Shown here one piece after another: positions 49,125 through 62,927 of a stretch of DNA of 64,000 bases. The notes under the pieces were generated by a model. That model was not told the DNA's origin. It made no database searches and saw only the letters and a program-made list of their open reading frames with translations. This DNA comes from the human T2T-CHM13v2.0 reference genome, Homo sapiens, in NCBI RefSeq assembly GCF_009914755.1, contig NC_060928.1. The stretch is one strand, 5' to 3'. Position 1 is the stretch's first letter. Every line of letters starts with the position of its first letter. The position numbers were made by a program, and so were the translations under genes.

Positions 49125-50207
49125 ACTTTTATTCTACCTTTAACAAACACTATACCTTTTGAGATATATAGTGTAAGAACCATGTAACATTATACTTCTA
49201 TTTTCCCTGCCATCTTTTGGATCTTATTTTCATACATTTTACTTCTACATATGTTATAATCCCCATAATACTTTGTTGTTTTTGCTTTAAATAGTCAATT
49301 ACACTTAAAGAGACTAAAATCACATGATGATAATTTTTACATTCATCTAAATATTTACCATTTCAAATACTATTTATTTCTCCCTCTAGATCCAGTTTCT
49401 TTTCTGACATTTTTCTTTTCATGTTAACTTTCTGTAACATTTTTTGAAATGCATTTGTAATTCTCAAATTTCATCTATCTAAAAATGTTCCCATGGCCTT
49501 CATTTTTGAAAGGTAATTTCACCAAAATTTTAGGTAGACAGTTTTACTTTTTATTTTAGCAGTTTAAAGATATAATTCGATTTTTTTCTGGCTTCCATTT
49601 TTTGTATGACAAGTCAAACATAATTCTTTGTACTGTTCCCCATAGGTGATATGTTCTTTTTACCTCTTGCTACTTCCAAGTGTTTCGCTATAGTTTTGAT
49701 CTTCAGCTATTTTAATATGACATTCTTATATTCTCTCTGTATTCAATCTATTTGAGTTTCACTGAGCTTGTTGAATCTATTTGTCATATTTTCCCAGTTT
49801 GAAAAAATTTTTTCTCCATTTTCTATTTCCTATCTTTCTGAAATTCCAGCTTCGTATACATTTGACCACTTGTTATAGTTACAAAGGCCACAAAGCTACA
49901 AATTATTGTTTGTGAATATATTATCTCTGTGTCTTGAATTTATATAATTTTATAAAATTTATATATTTATATGTACATTTTTATGAGTAAACATGTATAG
50001 ATAAAATTTACCTATAAAGTATAATATATAATTAATTTATACAATATAGTTGCATTAGTCAGTATTCAAGTTTACTGATTCTTTCTTTTGCGTGTCTAAT
50101 CTGCCCTAAATTTTATTGAATAAACTTACTGCTGATACTGTAAATTTTTCAGTTTTAAAATTTCTAATTTTTTTGCATGTTCGTATATCTCTAATAATGT
50201 CCTGCAG

Positions 50208-50429
50208 TTGTTTACCCATTCAATGTTCTATATTATTTGAAGTATTTATAATAGCTGTTTTGAAGTTCTCATCAATAAATTGCAACATCTGGGTCATCTT
50301 TGAGTCTACTTTTTGTTTGTTTACCCATTCAATGTTCTTCTATATTATTTGAAATATTTATAATAGCTGTTTTAAAGTTCTCATCAGTAAATTGCAACAT
50401 CTGGGTCATCTCTGATTCTGCTTCTGTTG
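50208..50429. repeat. Tandem duplication with a 109-bp period
   Basis: ttgtttacccattcaatgtt...aattgcaacatctgggtcatc occurs twice. Confidence 0.9.
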
Positions 50430-50739
50430 ACTTTTTGTCTCTAGATTATGGTAACACTGAATTGTTGAGGTTTTTTGGTTTGTCTAGTAACTTTTGATAA
50501 AGGATATAATATATTGTGGATGATGCATCATAGAAACTTTGGATTTTGTTTTCTTCCTCTAATAATATTTGTCTTTGTACCGTGGTTTTATGGAAGTTTA
50601 GTTTTAGTCTTTGCTAATGTGGTTCTATGTTTATTTTTTCCTTAGTACTAGGGTATATCCCTCACCTAGATTCATTTCTACCAGAGTGTATATATATATC
50701 ATTGAGTCACCTAGAGTAGCTGAGCGTCCTACTGGCTAC

Positions 50740-50930
50740 ATCTTCTAGAAGTAAAATGAAAAACATAAGGACGTACTAGTGAAACCCCTTCTTCTTACAA
50801 CGTACTTTCAGTCCACTTTACTGACAAGGCCTAACCTTGTGCCAGTTGGCAAAGAAAAAATATTTGCAAGGTCCACCTCCAGTACCATAATGCAGAGCAA
50901 GGAAGGATGGATTTTGATAACTGACACAGA
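50740..50930. mobile_element. Ancient ERVL-class LTR fragment
   Basis: tgtgccagttggcaaagaaaaaatatttgcaagg...gcagagcaaggaaggatggattt. Confidence 0.45.
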
Positions 50931-52275
50931 TGGTATAATACTTTCTTAATTATTAAAAAGATAGAAAGTAATTATAGTAACATTATTTTCAATTTCTAGT
51001 CATCTGGTAGACCCAAACTCCAAATGTTGTCCCCTCATCCCATTAAGACTGTTATTTTTTGCTTAAATTCTATTCATCCATGCACCATCCCAAATTTGGA
51101 AATGCCTTGTCAGCTAATTGCAAAAATCTGGGCTATCTGTGTTTGTTAGAACCTACTTGTGGTTCAACAGAAAACCTGAGGTTTCCACTGAGACCCTCTA
51201 AATTGGTAGGTCTTGAACTTCAAACTCTTCTCACCAACATCTCAGCAACAGCTCTCTAGAGAGTCTCACCTCACCCCATTGGGCAGTATCCTAAAGAGTC
51301 TTGCTAACACCCCAACGGGAAGCTTCCCAGTCAGTTTTACCACCAACTTAGTAGGCTGTTTCCTAGCACGTTTTACTAGAACTGGAATGAAAAGATACCT
51401 AGAAAATTTCCCTGGAACTCCAGTGAGTGTTTTCCTCCTCACAAGTCTTGGCCTGTGACATCCTAGCAAACTTCTCCACCATTCAGGGTTCCACAGCCAC
51501 TGCTTTTCTCTGAATACTCAATCTCAGCCATATTGTTGGGTACCTCTTTGAAATTTGTTCCTTCCTTGAGTACATCCCCCTAATCCTGCATACGGTATTC
51601 CAATATTCTCTCAGATTCCCTTTACTCTGTCTTAGTAGTTAGTCTGATTATACTATTTAATAATTATTTTCAAATTACTGGTATGGTTTTTGTCTCCTTA
51701 ATGAAAACTATAGGTTTAGCTTCAATGTACGTGGTTGAAGTTAACTCAACTTAAGAGTTCTTCAAGCTAAGTTTGATGCCTGAAAATCTACAAATGGAAT
51801 AATAGCAAGAAATCGATTTAAAGTGATTAAGATAGGGAGATAGGGGAAGCAACGTTCAACGTGAAGTCTTTGCACATTCTTCAAAAGTAGGGTCTAAGAA
51901 ATATAATGGAGGTTTCAATGTACAATGCTCCTATGGTGGTGAGCACTTATGTTTTGTGATGAAGTTGAAAGAAAACAAACAAAATAATCTCCGTATTATG
52001 ACAATCATCACAATCTTGAAACAGATGTTTTATCTGTAAACATAATTGAAAATAATCTGAGGTCATTTCAACAACAGCTAATTCAAAACTTTAAATTTAT
52101 ACCCTATGATAAGTGGTGCTTCTACTTGATTATGATATTTCTTTTTTAACTTGTGAACATGGGTTCAAATACTTCTTTCAAAGCCTTTTACTTAGAGTAC
52201 CTGTGTTTTCCTCACATTCTCTCTCCCAAAACATTTCATGTATTTCCCTCCCTTCAGTCTCACTGCTGCTCTTTC

Positions 52276-52541
52276 TTTTTTATTTATTTATTTTTTATTA
52301 TACTTTAAGCTCTAGGGTACATGTGCACAACATGCAGGTTTGTTACATATGTATACATGTGCCATGTTGGTGTGCTGCACCCATTAACTTGTCATTTACA
52401 TTAGGTATATCTCCTAATGCTATCCCACCCCCCTCCCCCAACCCCACGACAGGCCCCGGTGTGTGATGTTCCCCATCCTGTGTCCAAGTGTTCTCATTGT
52501 TCAGTTCCCACCTATGAGTAAGAACATGCGGTGTTTGGTTT
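52276..52541 (-). mobile_element. 5'-truncated L1PA (PA4-PA6) 3'UTR
   Basis: tattatactttaagctctagggtacatgtgcac ... gaacatgcggtgtttggttt. Confidence 0.92.
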
Positions 52542-53134
52542 AACACTTGCTTTTGGCGGTGTTTATTCTTTGTTGTCACAGGTAGAGACTATGAGCCTAG
52601 AAAACTGGTAAGTACTGGGTTTTGTTTTACCCCTAGGTACTTGAAGCAACTAATTTCTTTTCTGCTGCCAATAGGAGCTGAATTTTGGGAGATGCACTGC
52701 TGCTTGCTATTCTTGAAGCTTATTGACTCTAAGTATTGACTCTAAGTGTCTAGAAACCACCTGCTGTGGCTAGGGAATGTGATCTGGCTTTTGCAGTTTC
52801 CAATGAAAAAGTGTTCGTTTTGTTAGTGATAAATTGTTTCCCTCTAGAATATTGTTGAAAGATCATTGCCACTAGCTACTGCTCTTTTCAGGAAAGAGAA
52901 CTTTCATTTTGGCAGCATATTGACAGATATAGAGAAATAAAAGGACCATATCATTAAAGGACCCCATAGGGCTTGCAAACTTGTTTATTCAGAATGATGG
53001 TAATTGTCAAATTAATGAGTATTCTGACTGATAATCATATGAAGTCATTATGTTCAACTCAAAAGGTATTTATGAAGCATCTGGCATATGTTCAGCATCA
53101 TATTAAATAGGAAGTATTTGTAATTTTAAAAATG

Positions 53135-53270
53135 TTAAGGCCCTGGAGTCAAACTTCCTATATCTGAAATTTAGCACTTGCATTTAATACATGTGTAAAT
53201 ATAGACAAGTCTTTCTAAGCCCCAAATTCCTCATCTATAAATAGAAATAACATTTTCTACCTCGAAGGGA
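53135..53270 (+). mobile_element. MIR SINE
   Basis: ccctggagtcaaac...ttcctcatctataaaatag. Confidence 0.65.
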
Positions 53271-53495
53271 GAATACATATTTCCCTAGAATTATTCATAA
53301 TTATTTCAACAATTTTTTAAAATATTGTGGTATTATATGAAATTTTTCCTGCCCTCAATGAGCTTGCATAAAACAGAAAATAAATAAAAAATCACATAAT
53401 AAATTGTCAGGTCCCATAAACCAACAATATAAGTTATACTAATGTAACTTATACATTATAAGTATATGTTATATATATTTTATATATATACCCTA

Positions 53496-53498
<3 letters not shown>

Positions 53499-53541
<43 letters not shown>
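53499..53541. repeat. (TA)21 microsatellite
   Basis: Perfect TA run. Confidence 0.98.
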
Positions 53542-53544
<3 letters not shown>

Positions 53545-54274
53545 ACAAGATATTAAGTGGTTGCTAGCCCAAAAACAAAATAAGAATTATTTCATTGCCC
53601 AGTGGATTTGGCTAAAATATTGGTAATAAAATCAGGCACAACTCCAGCAGAAGACATCGGTGAAAAGCCAAGCTGGGTCTACAAGGAATCACACATTTTG
53701 AGACATATATTTATGCTGTTATTATCATCACTAGCATCTTACCGTATCAAGTAAAAAGATCATCACATTCTGGAGAGTTGGGCATGTTTTGCAAGGGAAA
53801 TGATGTTTTTCTTTATTTCTATGCTTCTGTACTAATAGGTTGGTTCAGTAATATGGTAGATCATTAGTTTGAGTGAGAAAAGGGAACAGGTTGAACCTGC
53901 TCCAAAGAAAAGACCGACATAAGTTACTGATGTTGGAAGTTCCCCAACTTTCTCTCTTCCCCAAGGCTTGATTGTTCAGATTTTTCTGTCAATTTTGTGA
54001 GCGTCTCTATTTTCCATAAACTTCTCTTTTACTTAAATTAGATGAGTCGATCTCACTTATTAGCCATCAAAGTTCCTTAACCGTTGCAAATCTGTTCAAA
54101 AAGTGTTTCCCCAAGTGTTGACAGAAAATAAAAGGTACTCAGAACCTCTTTCAAGTTTTTTAATCCATGTCCAATAAAATGCATATATGACAGAAAAAAT
54201 GATTACATCATTTAACTCTTTCATGATCTCATTTTCTCTAAATCTGTAGCCACTGTTCTCAGATTAGTCATTTA

Positions 54275-55210
54275 TTAATAATTTGTATTGATGTACATAT
54301 CATAAAATTTACCCTTTCCAGTGTTTTTTTTCACTATCATCACAAAGTTTCACAACCATCACCACTATCTAATTACAGAATATTTTCGTGATGCTCCCCC
54401 AAAACTCCTCCCCTTTATCTGCCACTTCCCATTCCCTTTTTCCCCTAGTCCCTGGCAAACAGTAATCTACTTTTTCTCCCTGGATCTGCCAACTGTCAAT
54501 ATTTTATATGATGGAATCATATAATAGGTGCCTATCTGACTTTTCTTACATAACATGTTTTCCAGATTCATCTATGTTGTGGCACGTATTGGTACTTTAT
54601 TCTTTTTTATGGCTAAATAATAAATAATATTCTACTGTGTAGATATACATTTGTATCCATTAATTCATTGATAAAAATATAGGTTGTTTCTACTTTTTCA
54701 CAGTTTTGAATAATGTTGCTATGAATATTTATGTTCATGTTTTTGTATGCATTTTTTTTCAATTCTCTTGAATATATATATAGTCATCTCTTGGTATCCA
54801 TGAGGACTTGGTTAAACCCAGGACCCCACCAGATACCAAAATCCATGGATGCTGAAGTCCCTTATATAAAATGATGTAGTATTTGTATATAACCTATGCA
54901 TGTCCTCTCATATACTTTAAATCATCTCGGATTACTTATAATACCTAATACAATGTAAGTCATATGTAAATAGTTGTTATACTGCATTATTTAGGGAATA
55001 ATGACAAGAAAAACAGAGTCTATCTGTTCAGTCTAGAAATGATCATTCTTTTTTAAAACAATATTTTTTTATCTGAGGTTGGTTGAATCTATGGATGCAG
55101 AACCCACAGATACAAGGGACAACTGTCCCTAGGAATAGAATGGCTATGTCTTATGGTAACTCTGTATTTAACTTTTTGAGGAACTGCCAAATTGTTTTCC
55201 AGAGTAGCTC
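54275..55210 (-). mobile_element. L1MB-type 3' end, interrupted by MER2
   Basis: caaccatcaccactatctaatt; ccctagtccctggcaa; resumes at cctaggaatagaatggct after MER2. Confidence 0.8.
54781..55125 (+). mobile_element. MER2 (TcMar-Tigger) DNA transposon
   Basis: tagtcatctcttggtatcc ... gataccaaaatccatggatgct ... gatacaagggacaactg. Confidence 0.9.
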
Positions 55211-55341
55211 TCAGGTCAACTCAAATACACAAATCAGTCTCTGAATATGATGCTTGCAAATAAGTAATTAGTAGGCCAAACTGCATGATATATCTGAACC
55301 TAAAGGATTCCCAGATGACAGCCATATTGCTGTTAGAGTAT

Positions 55342-55977
55342 TGTGATGGCTAATTTTATGTGCCAAATTAACTGGGTCATGGGATGCCCAGGTAACTGGT
55401 TAAATATTATTTCTGTATGGGTCTGTGAGGGTATTTCTGGAAGAGATTAACATTTGAATTGGTACATGAGTAAAGCAAATGGCCCTCCCCAATGTGAGCA
55501 GGCATCAGCCAATCTGTTGAGAAAAGAGGAACATCAAATGAAGTCTTGAACTGAGACATTGATCCCCTTCTTCCCTCAGCACTGCAGACTTTCAGGCCTT
55601 CAGGTGTGGGTGAAAATCTATACCATGGGCTCTACAGCTCTTAGGCCTTCAAACTAAGCCATCAGCTTTCTTGAGTCTGCAGCTTATAGACAGCCGGTCA
55701 TGGGATTTCTCAGCCTCCATGATTGTGCAAGCCAATGCATTAAAATACATCACTTACTTGATATATCTTTATATATGCCTTTTTGTTCTATTCAGCTCCT
55801 CAATGGATTGGATGATGGATACCTACTTTGGTAAGGGTAGATCTTCTTTACACAGTCTACTAATTCAAATGATCATTGCTTCTAGAAATACCCTCATAAT
55901 ACAGAAAATATAGAGAGGAATATATGTAGATATGTCTCCTATTGGTTCTGTTTCTCTGGAGACTCCTCACTAACAGA
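55342..55977 (+). mobile_element. MLT2 (ERVL) solo LTR with embedded inverted MLT2 segment
   Basis: Starts tgtgatggctaattttatgtg; ends after tattggttctgtttctctggaga; 5-bp TSD agtat. Confidence 0.88.
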
Positions 55978-56381
55978 AGTATCATGGTGGTTCCTTTTTC
56001 TGGACCTGTTAAGAGAGGGCTTAATAATAAGAGACTGTTATACTCTGTGATTGATCAAGTCCTTAAAGAAATTAACTGATTTGACAATGTTTATTTACTT
56101 GCCAAGAAGAATCCAAAATATTTTGATATGTGAAAAAAAAAGTAGGATTTAGTATGATAGCATGAAAGTTTTTTCCCAGGTGACTCGTATAAATGGTTCA
56201 TGAAAAGTGCATGAAACCCTGTCAGGGGATTTCAGTTCCAGTTCCTGATTCCCTTACCTGTGCCACCTTGGTCCAGGCTCTTACATTCTTGGAAATGAGT
56301 TTTACCATCTCCAAACAAGAAGTATAACATTCATTCTGCTACACCTAATTCACAAGAGTCCTTTAGCTAAAATAAGACGAC

Positions 56382-56851
56382 TGTATTTGTCAGGATTCTC
56401 CAGAGAAACACAGCCAATGTGATATAAATAGATATGTGAAAGGAGATTTATTATGGGAATTGGCTCAGGCAGTTATGGAGGTTTAAAAGTCCCAGAAGTC
56501 TCATGATGAGTTGTCTGTAAGATGGAGAACCAGGGAACCTGGTAGTGTAATTCACTTTGAGCCCAAAGTCCCCAAAACAAGGAGCTCCAATGTCTGAGGG
56601 CAGGAGAAGATGGATGTCCCAGCCACAGAGAGAATTCAATTCACCCTTCCGCTGCTGCCTTTTTGTTCTGTTCAAGCCCACAACAGATTGGATGACCACC
56701 CTACATTGGTAAGCGTGGATCTTCTTCACTCAATCCACTCATTCATATGATAATCTCCTCCAGAAATATCCTCACAGATATTCCCAGAAATAATGTTTAA
56801 CCAACTATCCGGTCACCACTTAACCCAGTAATGTTGACAATTAATATCATA
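56382..56851 (-). mobile_element. MLT2 (MLT2C/D-like) solo LTR
   Basis: tgtatttgtcaggattctccagagaaacacagccaat ... ttgacaattaatatca. Confidence 0.88.
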
Positions 56852-57269
56852 TGATATAAAGACAATTTTTTAAATAAATTATCAGTTTCTTTAATAATGT
56901 TATGACCTATTATAACATTTATTTCCTGTCTTAAAAAAGACAATAGACAGTGTGATTATACCTTATTATGTTTTTATGGGTTTTAACACAGTCTACATTT
57001 AATTCAAGTAACCAGAAAGTATATTATAAATTATAATTATACAGTCTGTCTAAACTTTTAAGATGAAGATTTTACTCAGTGGTATTCAATATTCAAACTG
57101 ACTTTAAGAAACTTAAGAAACTAAATTCTGCTAATTTCTGGTATAACTTCAAGTACAAGAAGATAATTCCTCTAAATCTTTTGTTGCTAGAGTTTTTTTG
57201 CATTTATGCTATATTTATATAAACTATTAAGTCCTTGGTTTTGGAGGCTGCAAAGCAAAGATGTTATAC

Positions 57270-57460
57270 AATGGAGAGAGGACAGAGTTGGGTACAAAGT
57301 TCTAAATCTAGAGTCTGTTTCTTACCGCCTGAATGAACGTGGGCATAGACTAATGCTCTCTGGCCCATAAATTGTTCAATGGTATAAGGTATGCAATGAT
57401 ACTTCTCTCAAAAGAATGTTGAGGGAATTAAATAATATGCCATTTGCAAAAGCCACCTAG
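57270..57460 (+). mobile_element. MIR SINE
   Basis: aatgttgagggaattaaataatatgccatttgcaaaagc. Confidence 0.55.
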
Positions 57461-57789
57461 GAAAAAACTCAAAAAAAAGTATATTCTTCCCTTCTTTCTT
57501 TTTGTAAACCTTAGGCCTTAGGGCAGCTCCGTATATGGTAAACACTCAACACAAAATGTATTGAGGATGATGTAGTATACATTTATAAAATCTGATCTTG
57601 CAAGTGTGTCAGCTAGTTTTTTAATAATTATTTTTAATATATTCTCAAAGACGTGACAAATAGTTGCTATTTTAATATATATTTATTCTGAAACTATTAA
57701 TAATTAGCATCAATGATCTATTGTTGAAAATACACTATTTTTTGAGAAATAAAAGGTATTCATTTTCCCACGAAAACATACAATACTAC

Positions 57790-58395
57790 TGTGATAATAA
57801 TTAGTACTGGCCCCCTGACATTGCTTTATTCTCCCCGTAACAGGATGGGGAGATTGTACTTCTCTAACTCCTGGAAATTAAGTATGACCACGTTTTGACC
57901 AACCAAATATGAGAAGTGGTATGAATCACTTCCTGACAGAGTCTGAAGCATCAACATGTGGTTCTCCACTTGCCTTTTCCCTCTAACTGGACAACTGGCA
58001 ATGTTTTGAAGAGTACTGGTTCTCAATGTGGGCGATTTTGCCCCCTCAGGGGATGATTGCAATCTCTGGAGACATTTCTTGGTTGGACTGAGATGAGAAG
58101 GATGCTACCTGCATCTAGAGAGTAGAAGTTACATCTGCACTGAATATCCCACAATGTGCAGAATAGCCTCCTCAACCTTTCTCTGACCCTGGGGCGATAA
58201 AAATCATCCAGCCCAAATTGGCAGTAGTGCCACTGTTGAGAAACCCAGCTTGGAGTAAAGATTTGGATCTTAGCCCCTAGTTGTTCAGAAACAGAGAGGA
58301 AGTATAATCAAGAAATAAACCTTAGCTCTTTTAGATCATTAAGAGTTTCAGGTTGCGCGTTATCACAGCATAGCCTAGCTTTTCTTAACTGACAC
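57790..58395 (+). mobile_element. MLT1I/J-type LTR, interrupted by MER20
   Basis: gaccaaccaaatatgagaagtgg...tcacttcc; caagaaataaacctt...gttatcacagcatagcctagc. Confidence 0.75.
58014..58248. mobile_element. MER20 hAT-Charlie element
   Basis: tggttctcaa...gattttgccccc...ctggagacattt...gttgagaaaccc. Confidence 0.88.
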
Positions 58396-59904
58396 ACTTA
58401 TTTTGCAATTGGAGTGAAATTAGAACACAATGCACTTCCTCAAGTAATGTTTAAATAATGTGGTTTCAATATTTTTGGATTTAATATCCTTTTAATACAT
58501 AACTGCTGGGCTGACAATTGAGGCAGGATTTACATAAAATGGAAAACAAATTGATCATTTCAAATTTCAAGATAGTTTAGCTTGCCTTTAGAGGAAAATG
58601 ATTGTTCATAAGAAGCATCTGGCTTTAATGCTTAATGTAATTTCTCTGAGATACCCAAAAATTCAGGCAAATATTTGAAAAAAAGAGAGATTATAAAATC
58701 TGATTTTGAACACAAGACTGAAGCTTACACGCTTATTGAAAAAAACTTTTATATCGTTTACAAATAGTTTAGCAATTTCTACTATTTGCCTGTGAAATAA
58801 TTTCATGTACAAGTTGAAACAATCATAAAAAGGCTATTTTGATGTATACCTTTATGAAAGAAAGAAATTAAGAAAAAGAATAAATTTATAATGACAAGAG
58901 TTTATATAAGTATTTCTCTTAATGAAAAATATTAGTTGCAATATCAGGCAGATGTAAACAGGCAATTTTAATTTCTGCTCTCAAAGTCACGTACTTTCTC
59001 TCCTCCAGACATTTATTATGATTCCATTTACTTTTTCATTTATTACTTTAAATAGCTAATATATTCACATAATTCAAATAATTAAAAAGTATATAAATAG
59101 TAAAATGTTTTCCTCCCAATCAAGCCAGCCACCTATGACCATGTGGATGGTTCATGGCTGCTCACGAAGGGCATCATCTAGAACTGGGCACACACTCACA
59201 ACACGTGCAGCCTTTCCTCACTAACCTCATTCACAGTAACCTTGTTATTAGATTCATATGGATATGCATATATTCATTTACTTATGCATCTATATGCATA
59301 TATAATATATGCATAGTCATATGCAATATATGCACGCAAATATAGATACATACATCCATATTCATATGGAAATAAATGTAAATTAAATTGTTATCCCCTT
59401 TTTACTGTTTTTCTTACACAAAACACATGGCAGGGGAGAAAGTTATCTCCATGCCCATTCACAATAAAGGGCTCTCAAAGAGAATAACAGACTGTTCTAC
59501 ATGCCTTAGGAAAATAAACTCCAATAAAAGTCAAAGCAATTATTTAGGCAGACTGAAGTACGCATAGTTTATGCTTGTCAATTTCCAGCATCTCATTGCA
59601 GAATCTGTTGTCTCTCTCTTTATGTATACTTCTTCAGATAATATATGTCTCTTGCCACTCAAAGCCTCTCATTTTCAACTATTATTTTTGGCAATACTAA
59701 GTAATGAAGCTTTGCCTCAACAAATATCCTGTTGACCTTGTTAGCACATATATTTTATATTTCCTCAATGTTATACATCTGATCATCTGATGCATAATAA
59801 TGTGTCAATTATTGATAAATGCTACAAGTGCTATCTTTGGAGATAAATATATACTGTGATTTATTATCGCTAAAATATTATATAAGGTAGCATTTCCAAA
59901 TGTT

Positions 59905-61770
59905 TTATTATTGTTTTAGTAGTCTGGGGGGGAACAGATGGTATTTGATTACATGAATAAGTTCTTTAGTGGTGATTTCTGAGACTTTGGTGCACGCATC
60001 ATGCGAGCAGTGTACACTGTACCCTATGTGTAGTCTTTTATCCCTCATCCCCCTCCCACCCTCCCCGCTGAGTCCCCAGAGTCCATTATATTGTTCTAAT
60101 GCCTTTGCGGCCTCATAACTTGGCTCCCACATGTAAGTCAGGACATACAATATTTGGCTTTCCATTCCTGAGTTACTCCACTTAGGATGATGGCCTCCAA
60201 CTCCATCTAGGTTGCTGTGAAGGCCATATTTCATTCCTATTTATGGCCGATTAGTATTCCATGGTATACGTATACCACATTTTCTTTATCCACTCATTGG
60301 TTGATGGGCATTTAGGCTGGTTCCATATTTTTGCAAATGCAAATTGTGCTGCTATAAACAAATAACTTCTTTTCCTCTGAGTAGATACCCAGTTGTGGGG
60401 TTGCTGGATCAAATGGTAGATCAACTTGTAGTTCATTAAGGAGTCTCCATACCGTTTCCCATAGTTGTACTAGTTTACATTCCCACCAGCAATGTAAAAG
60501 TGTTCCTTTTCACCACATCCACGACAACAACTATTAATTTTTATTTTTTAATTGTGGCCATTCTTGCAGGAGTAAGGTGGTATCGCATTGTGGTTTTGAT
60601 TTGCATTTCCATGATAATTAGTGATGTGAAGCATTGTTTCATGTTTGTTGGCCATTTGTATATCTTGTTTTGAGAATTCTCTATGTCCTTAGCTTAATTT
60701 TTGATGGGATTATTTGTTTTATATTTATTTATTGAGACAGAGTCTCACTCTGTCATTCAGGGTGAAGTACAGTGACATGATCTCAGCTCCCTGCAACCTC
60801 CACCTCCCAGGTTCAAGCAACTCTCTTGCCTCAGACTCCCGAGTAGCTGGGATTACAGGCACATGCCACCAAGGCTGGCTAATTTTTGTATTTTTAGTAG
60901 AGACGGGCTTTCACCATGTTGGCCAGGCTGTTCTCAAACTCCTGACCTCGTCATGATCCACCCACCTCAGCCTCCCAAAGTGCTGAGATTACAGGTGTGA
61001 GCCACTGCACCTGGCCTATTTGTTTTTACTTGCTGATTTGAGTACCTTGTAGATTCTGGATATTAGTCCTTTGTTGGATACCTAGTTTGCAAGTATTTTC
61101 TCCCACTCTGTGGGTTGTTGGTTTACTCTGCTGATTATTTATTTTGCTGTGCAGAAGACTTTCATTTATTTAAATCCCATCTAATTATTTGTTTCTGTTG
61201 CATTTGCGTTTCGGTTCTTGATCATGAAGTCTTTGCCTAAGCCAATGTCTAGATTTTCCAACATTATCTTCTAGAATTTTTGTGTTTCTAGATCTTAGAT
61301 TTAAGTCTTTGATCCATCTTGAGTTGATTTTCATATAAGGTGAGAGATGAGGATTCAGTTTCATTCTTCTACATGTGACTTGCCGATCATCCCAACACCA
61401 TTTGTTGAATAGGGTGTCCTTTCCCCCCTTTATGTTTTTCTTTGCTTTGTTGAAGATCAGTTGACTGTAAGTACTTGACTTTATTTTTGGATCCTCTATT
61501 CTGTTCCATTGGTCTACATGCCTATTTTTACACCAGTACCATGGTGTTTTGGTAACTATAGCCTTGTAGTATAGTTTGAAGTTGGGTAATGTAATGCCTC
61601 CAGATTTCTTCTTTGTACTTAGTCCTGTTTTGGCTATGTGGGCTCTTTTTCTGGTTTCATATAAATTTTAAGATTGTTTTTTCTAGTTCTGTGAAGAATA
61701 ATGATGGTGTTTTGATGGGAATTGCACTGAATTTATATATTGCTTTTGGCAGTATGGTCATTTTCACAAA
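59905..61770 (-). mobile_element. 5'-truncated L1PB element, interrupted by Alu
   Basis: 3'UTR ttacatgaataagttctttagtggtgatttctgaga; ORF2 motifs WNQPKCPS and [15 protein letters not shown]. Confidence 0.92.
60721..61016 (-). mobile_element. AluS element
   Basis: Antisense dimer; TSD tatttgtttt at 60711-60720 and 61017-61026. Confidence 0.95.
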
Positions 61771-62927
61771 CTGTTTAAAATACTGCATGTTATGTTTGAA
61801 AACTTCATTTTTAAAAAATTTGGAAAATTTTGTTTTGATTGATATTGAAATCACAGTATTTAAATCCTATCTTCTAGATATTAGTAGAAGCCTTAAAATA
61901 TAGAAAAATAAACATTAGCCTTAGAAATGAGGAAGGTGTTATCCATATACTAAGATAGTCAGGGTGTTTCTAAATTATATAATGCAGATTGTCCCAGAGC
62001 AGGAGCCAACTGATCATCCTCACTCATATGAAAGGACAATATACTCAGAAAATAAATAAAGAAGGACTTGGCAATAGTAACCTCTAACTAAAATAGGTGA
62101 GGGCTTTGACTCATGATCAAAACAACAAGCTACTACAGTAGCTTAGTGGCTAGTAAGCTAACAGGAAACCACTGAACCAATGGAATGATACCACAAGAAA
62201 GGAGAAAGAATCCATCCTAAAGAATAAAAATAAAGTATTTTTCTCTATGTAATATATTTACAATAAGAAATTTTGTTGCCAGAAAAATATTTATTCTTGA
62301 TCCTAAGTTTAAAAATATGCTGTAGCAGAGCATGATTGAGAAAATAGTCTATGTTCCACCTTAATAAAGATTACTTTTGTCTTTTCAACCAGACATACAC
62401 ACTTCATCCAAAATGACACAGCACAGAACAGAAGAAATGTGACCTAATGATGATCAATGAGACTTTATCTCCAAGTGACTAAATTTTGAGCAGAATCATG
62501 CAGAGAATGATTATCGTTTAAGCTGAGACATTTGATGACAATCTCTGATGACAAAGTTCTTGTATTTTTGAATGCTTATTTATTCAACTTGCCCTTCAAT
62601 TTTCTAAATTAGCTCATATTTCCAATGAATCCCTTTAAGTGTTTCACTTCCTGAAACAACAAAATAATTTAATTGAATTTTTATATCCACAAAATCAAAA
62701 CACATCTTTGGCATTAGAGCAAATAATCATGGGAAAAGAAAAACAATATGAGATCTTGAAAAACTTGTAACAAGATGAGAAACATGAGGTCAAGTTTTAA
62801 AATATGGTAGAAGCTTCAAAAAACAAATTAATAACTGAAGAAGATCTATTTAGTAAAAATGGAAGACTACTGTAAGAAATTCAGCCAGCATTCTGACAAG
62901 AACAATAAGCAATAAAAAGTAAATGAT

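Larger units (their letters stand above)
48000..50520 (-). mobile_element. Ancient L1M/HAL1 fragments
   Basis: gattgctttgaatccatagatcaatt; gtttcttgtaggcagcagttgg; atttataatagctgtttt. Confidence 0.6.
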
